Source: Zygophlyctis sp. KS116
Lineage: Eukaryota > Fungi > Chytridiomycota
DNA length: 28,644 nt
Direction of reading: 5' to 3'
Assembly (NCBI GenBank): GCA_054661495.1
Contig: BAAFSQ010000121.1
Span: 1 to 28,644, forward strand
A program made the position numbers and the translations under genes. Under the pieces are notes generated by a model, which ran no database searches, was not told the DNA's origin, and saw only the letters and a program-made list of their open reading frames with translations. Position 1 is the first letter of the stretch. Each line of letters begins with the position of its first letter. Positions 25,094 through 28,644 of the stretch are shown here, one piece after another.

Positions 25094-26230
25094 ATGTCAA
25101 ACTATGTTAAAATAAGTTTTCAAGGAGAAACATATGGATCCATAAGATCTCCATTATCTCTGAATACGTTATGTACCCTGTTCAAAGTTTCTCCCAGAGC
25201 ATCCCCAACGCTTGTATCACTTGATCCAAAACGCCCCTTGATCATAAGTGATATGAGTGAAGAAGTTGAATCTGGGTTTTTTGAGTTTGTATCTCGACGA
25301 GATGTACTTTTTGATCCCAGTATTGATCATCTACCCGCCTTGAACAGATACAAAAAGGTTACCCATCAGATTCTTCGCAAGAATCAAGATGACTCTCTTG
25401 ATCAGTATAAATCAGATTCACTTCCTATTCCGGACAATGAAATGGCATTAGCTATAAGAGCAATGCTGCATGTAGTTGGATCGATACCTCCCAGATACTT
25501 AAAGTTTAATGTAATTCTTGCAAATCAAGTTGAAAGAGCAATTACGCAAGTCGAAAAGCTCCAAAAAGTACTCTCTGATTTATCTACCAATTCTGATGAT
25601 AGCATATATAGATATAACAGATCTAAAAAAATCCCTCTTGATCTTTCAATCCATCAAACATTTATTCAGTATCGTATATTGGACATATTGCATCAGACTT
25701 GGAAAACTGCCTGGGAGAGAGTTTCACCAATTTCAAGATATTTTTCAATATCAAATCTTAAAATCCTTGATTCTATAGAATTGTCAGAACATTATCTGAA
25801 TCGTTTAAACTCTTGGCGCAGAATACTGGAGGCAGATACATGGAATTCATTGATGAAACATGTCCAACTACCATCACCGACAGATCTTAATCCAAGAAAA
25901 AACATTTATAATCCGAGAGGAATACCATCAAACAAGAATCCCAGAGCATGGACATATCTTGTCCGACCGTCTACATCTCCAGCCTTGCAATCAAACATTG
26001 ACACGCCGGCAACATTCTTGGATCCTGCAGACACATTGAATTCATTTAGGAAAATGTATATTGATTCTATAAAGGCTCAAAAGATTACAAAAGATGAAGA
26101 AATGAATATATTATTACAGAAAATGCTGAAGCTGGACAATCAATTCAAGTCCGAATCTCCCAAAGAGAATATAGTTTATCCAATTCAGTATGTCAAAGAG
26201 TCTATTAAAAAGGAATTCAAGTTGAAATAA
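25094..26230 (+). CDS. Hypothetical 378-aa intronless protein
   Basis: Long uninterrupted ORF filling the gap between KRS1 and epsilon-tubulin; no family recognised. Confidence 0.7.
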   Translation: MSNYVKISFQGETYGSIRSPLSLNTLCTLFKVSPRASPTLVSLDPKRPLIISDMSEEVESGFFEFVSRRDVLFDPSIDHLPALNRYKKVTHQILRKNQDDSLDQYKSDSLPIPDNEMALAIRAMLHVVGSIPPRYLKFNVILANQVERAITQVEKLQKVLSDLSTNSDDSIYRYNRSKKIPLDLSIHQTFIQYRILDILHQTWKTAWERVSPISRYFSISNLKILDSIELSEHYLNRLNSWRRILEADTWNSLMKHVQLPSPTDLNPRKNIYNPRGIPSNKNPRAWTYLVRPSTSPALQSNIDTPATFLDPADTLNSFRKMYIDSIKAQKITKDEEMNILLQKMLKLDNQFKSESPKENIVYPIQYVKESIKKEFKLK

Positions 26231-26266
26231 AAAATAGTATTATCTACTTCCGCCCTTTATTAATAG

Positions 26267-27791
26267 ATGCCAGAATCAATATTCATTCAAGTTGGACAAT
26301 GTGGTAATCAAATCGGCTCTAGATTTTGGGATTTGGCATTGCAAGAACATTCTGCAGTAAATAAAACAGGATTATATGATGAGCCACTTAGTTCATTTTT
26401 TAGAAACACCAGTGCTCAATTAGGAGAGAAGATTGAATCATTAAGAGCAAGAGCTGTTCTAGTGGATATGGAGGAAGGAGTACTTGGTCAAATCAGTAAA
26501 AGTAACTTTAGACAACTCTTTGATTCAGATCAGTACGTGCGCAGTGTGTCTGGATCTGGAAACAATTGGGCAATGGGCCATCATGTAAGTTTATAAAATT
26601 AATATAATAGGTATATGGACCACAATATGCTGATGAAATATTAGAGGCTGTTCGTAAACAGTCAGAGTACTGCGATCGTTTGGGCTCATTTTTTTCTATA
26701 GGATCATTGGGCGGTGGAACTGGATCTGGTTTGGGATCATATAGTATTGTTCTTAATTAATTTTCTAGTTTGGGAAATATTAAGGGATAATTACCCACAA
26801 CAGTATCAATTTGCCACGTCTGTATGTCCAAGTTATGATGATGACGTGGTTACGTCTCCTTATAATAGGTAAATTGTTTCTATATTCAATTCAGTCTATT
26901 ATCTCTTTCAAAGCAAATTGAACACGTAGATTGTGTTCTTCCAGTGGAGAATCAAGCCTTGCAAGAAATTCTCAGCAAGATTTCAAAGGCAGGAGAGTAT
27001 GTTGGTTTAAAAAAGGGATCCCTTTCTTCTCTTACTGACAGTGGACTTGATCTAGCCAAAATTACAATTTCTTCGAGTAGAAAATCAAACTTTGATAGTA
27101 TGAATAATATTGTTGCAAATCTTTTGCTGAATACAACTTGGTAAAATATTAAAACTAATCTAATAGTTCTATGCGATTTGAAGGAACAATGAATGTAGAT
27201 ATCAATGATATTGTTACAAATCTGGTTCCTTTTCCTAGATTAAAATATTTGCTTTCTTCAATGGCGCCTTTATATCAAAGTGCCGATATGCGATTCGGAG
27301 CAAAAGCAGTAGACAATATGTTTACAGATGCTTTTAACAAGGATCATCACTTGATTAGAGGAGATTCTAAAAACTCGACGTAAGTTATGATGATTTAAAG
27401 CCAAGTTATCTTGCTGCTGCTTTAATACTTCGGGGGAATGTAGAAATTTCAGATCTACGAAGAAACATGGAGAGGATGAGAAAAACAGTAAAGTTTGTTA
27501 AATGGAATTCTGATGGGTGGAAAACTGGATTTTGTGGTGTTCCTCCATTATCTCAACCATCTTCACTTCTTCTACTAGCCAATAACTCTTGTGCAAAAGA
27601 TACGATAAAGTTTATCATGGAGAGATTTAAAAAATTATATAGAAAAAAAGTAATTCTATTCCTGCTAATTTCAGGCTAATTTGCATCATTATCTAAAATA
27701 CATGGATCCAGGAGAATTCAACGATGCAATAAATTCTGTTTCTTCGGTCATCGGAGAATATGACCTAGTATCAAGCAATACGACATGCTAA
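26267..27791 (+). CDS. TUBE1: Epsilon-tubulin; six short introns
   Basis: IQVGQCGNQIGSRFWDLALQEH, LRARAVLVDMEEGV, SGSGNNWA, GGGTGSGLGS, DDVVTSPYNS, CVLPVENQAL, MRFEGTMNVDINDI, WNSDGWKTG. Confidence 0.92.
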
Positions 27792-28179
27792 TTGCGCGTT
27801 TTCTGACAACTAAATCTTCAAAAATCATTATGAATATCGTAGAGTCTGAAATCAATTCAAATTCCGTTGTAGTATTTAGGTAATTTCTACTCTACTCTGA
27901 CCATAGTAAGAGCTACTGTCCATTTTGTGTCAAGGCCAAAGGCGTTTTAGAAAAACTCAATGTTATCTTCAAAGCCATTGAATTGGATAAAAGATCTGAC
28001 GGATCAGAGATTCAAAATTATTTGCTGGCAAAAACTGGCCAAAGAACAGTCCCAAACATATTTATTAACAAAGAGCAAATCGGTATATTTAGTACATAAA
28101 CTTATATTTAGGAGGATGTGATGATTTAGTACAAGCTCTCAATGATGGGACATTAAAGAAAAAGTTGGGGCATAGTTAG
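27785..28179 (+). CDS. Dithiol glutaredoxin (CPFC), absent from the ORF track; in-frame ATGs at 27785 and 27830; two introns
   Basis: Spliced: VVVFSKSYCPFCVKAK..IELDKRSDGSEIQ..TGQRTVPNIFINKEQIGGCDDL. Confidence 0.93.
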
Positions 28180-28267
28180 GAGCCAAGAGTCTTTCTCTGA
28201 ATTTATCTTATGACTAATACTGATAAGAAAAAAATACAGATCATAAACTATTACATGTTTGTCATCA

Positions 28268-28644
28268 TTAATATTGACCAAATTCAACTTTAAGATTCCT
28301 CCATCGCATCGTTGAAATCCGATGGATCTCCAGTTGCTGAGTAAATAATATTTTGTCCATCACTGATCTCTGAGGTGAATGTGTTTTTCCCTGTGAATAA
28401 TGCCTACATTCTGTTTTCAAATTGGGACAATATTATCGTACATAATTAACATATATTGAATTTGTAGATTATCTGTGTTTCAGTGATTCTTATCTTACCC
28501 AGATAAGATTGCATTATTCCTATCAAAGTGGCTGAAAGCTTGATCCTCCTTGGAGAATAAGTCCATTAGAAACTCTTGATCTTGCGATGTAAATCCCTCA
28601 TTGACCGATCGGTAGATCTCGTCCGCTTCATCCAATGCATCTTC
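28268..28644 (-). pseudogene. Further member of the NWP-LPIK repeat family; 5' end outside the window; appears degenerate
   Basis: Minus strand from 28644 reads EDALDEADEIYRSVNEGFTSQDQEFLMDLFSKED..ILSG* (TAA 28495-28497). Downstream is a half repeat, FTQQLEIHRISTMRWRNLKVE, that breaks before the NWP core. Confidence 0.75.

Overview
AT-rich, extremely gene-dense eukaryotic DNA using the standard genetic code. The gene set is fungal-type (Osh3, Nup84, Med4, Cdc12-type septin, Eaf1, Pex12) and includes epsilon-tubulin, which points to a flagellated/zoosporic early-diverging fungus (inference). The ORF track is fragmented because the genes carry roughly 60 ultra-short spliceosomal introns (about 23-32 nt by hand count, including two GC-AG introns). 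A ~24 kb block of housekeeping genes (3987-28179) is packed with gaps of 4-50 nt and several overlaps. It is flanked on both sides by members of an unrecognised paralogous family. The two intact members have a signal peptide, a conserved acidic motif (DEADEIxxSVNExxxxQDQExLMxLFS), basic NLS-like patches and tandem ~65-aa repeats (W-x-KL-xx-EDFINWP-xx-LPIK-x-P-xx-Y...IRFSE). The window holds two intact copies, one frameshifted copy, one relic at the left and one degenerate copy at the right end. This candidate family of secreted, nucleus-targeted repeat effectors is the most notable item. Two genes missing from the ORF track (SUB1/PC4, glutaredoxin), a pseudokinase and a GC-rich hairpin ncRNA candidate were also found. 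All exon structures were derived by eye, without database searches.
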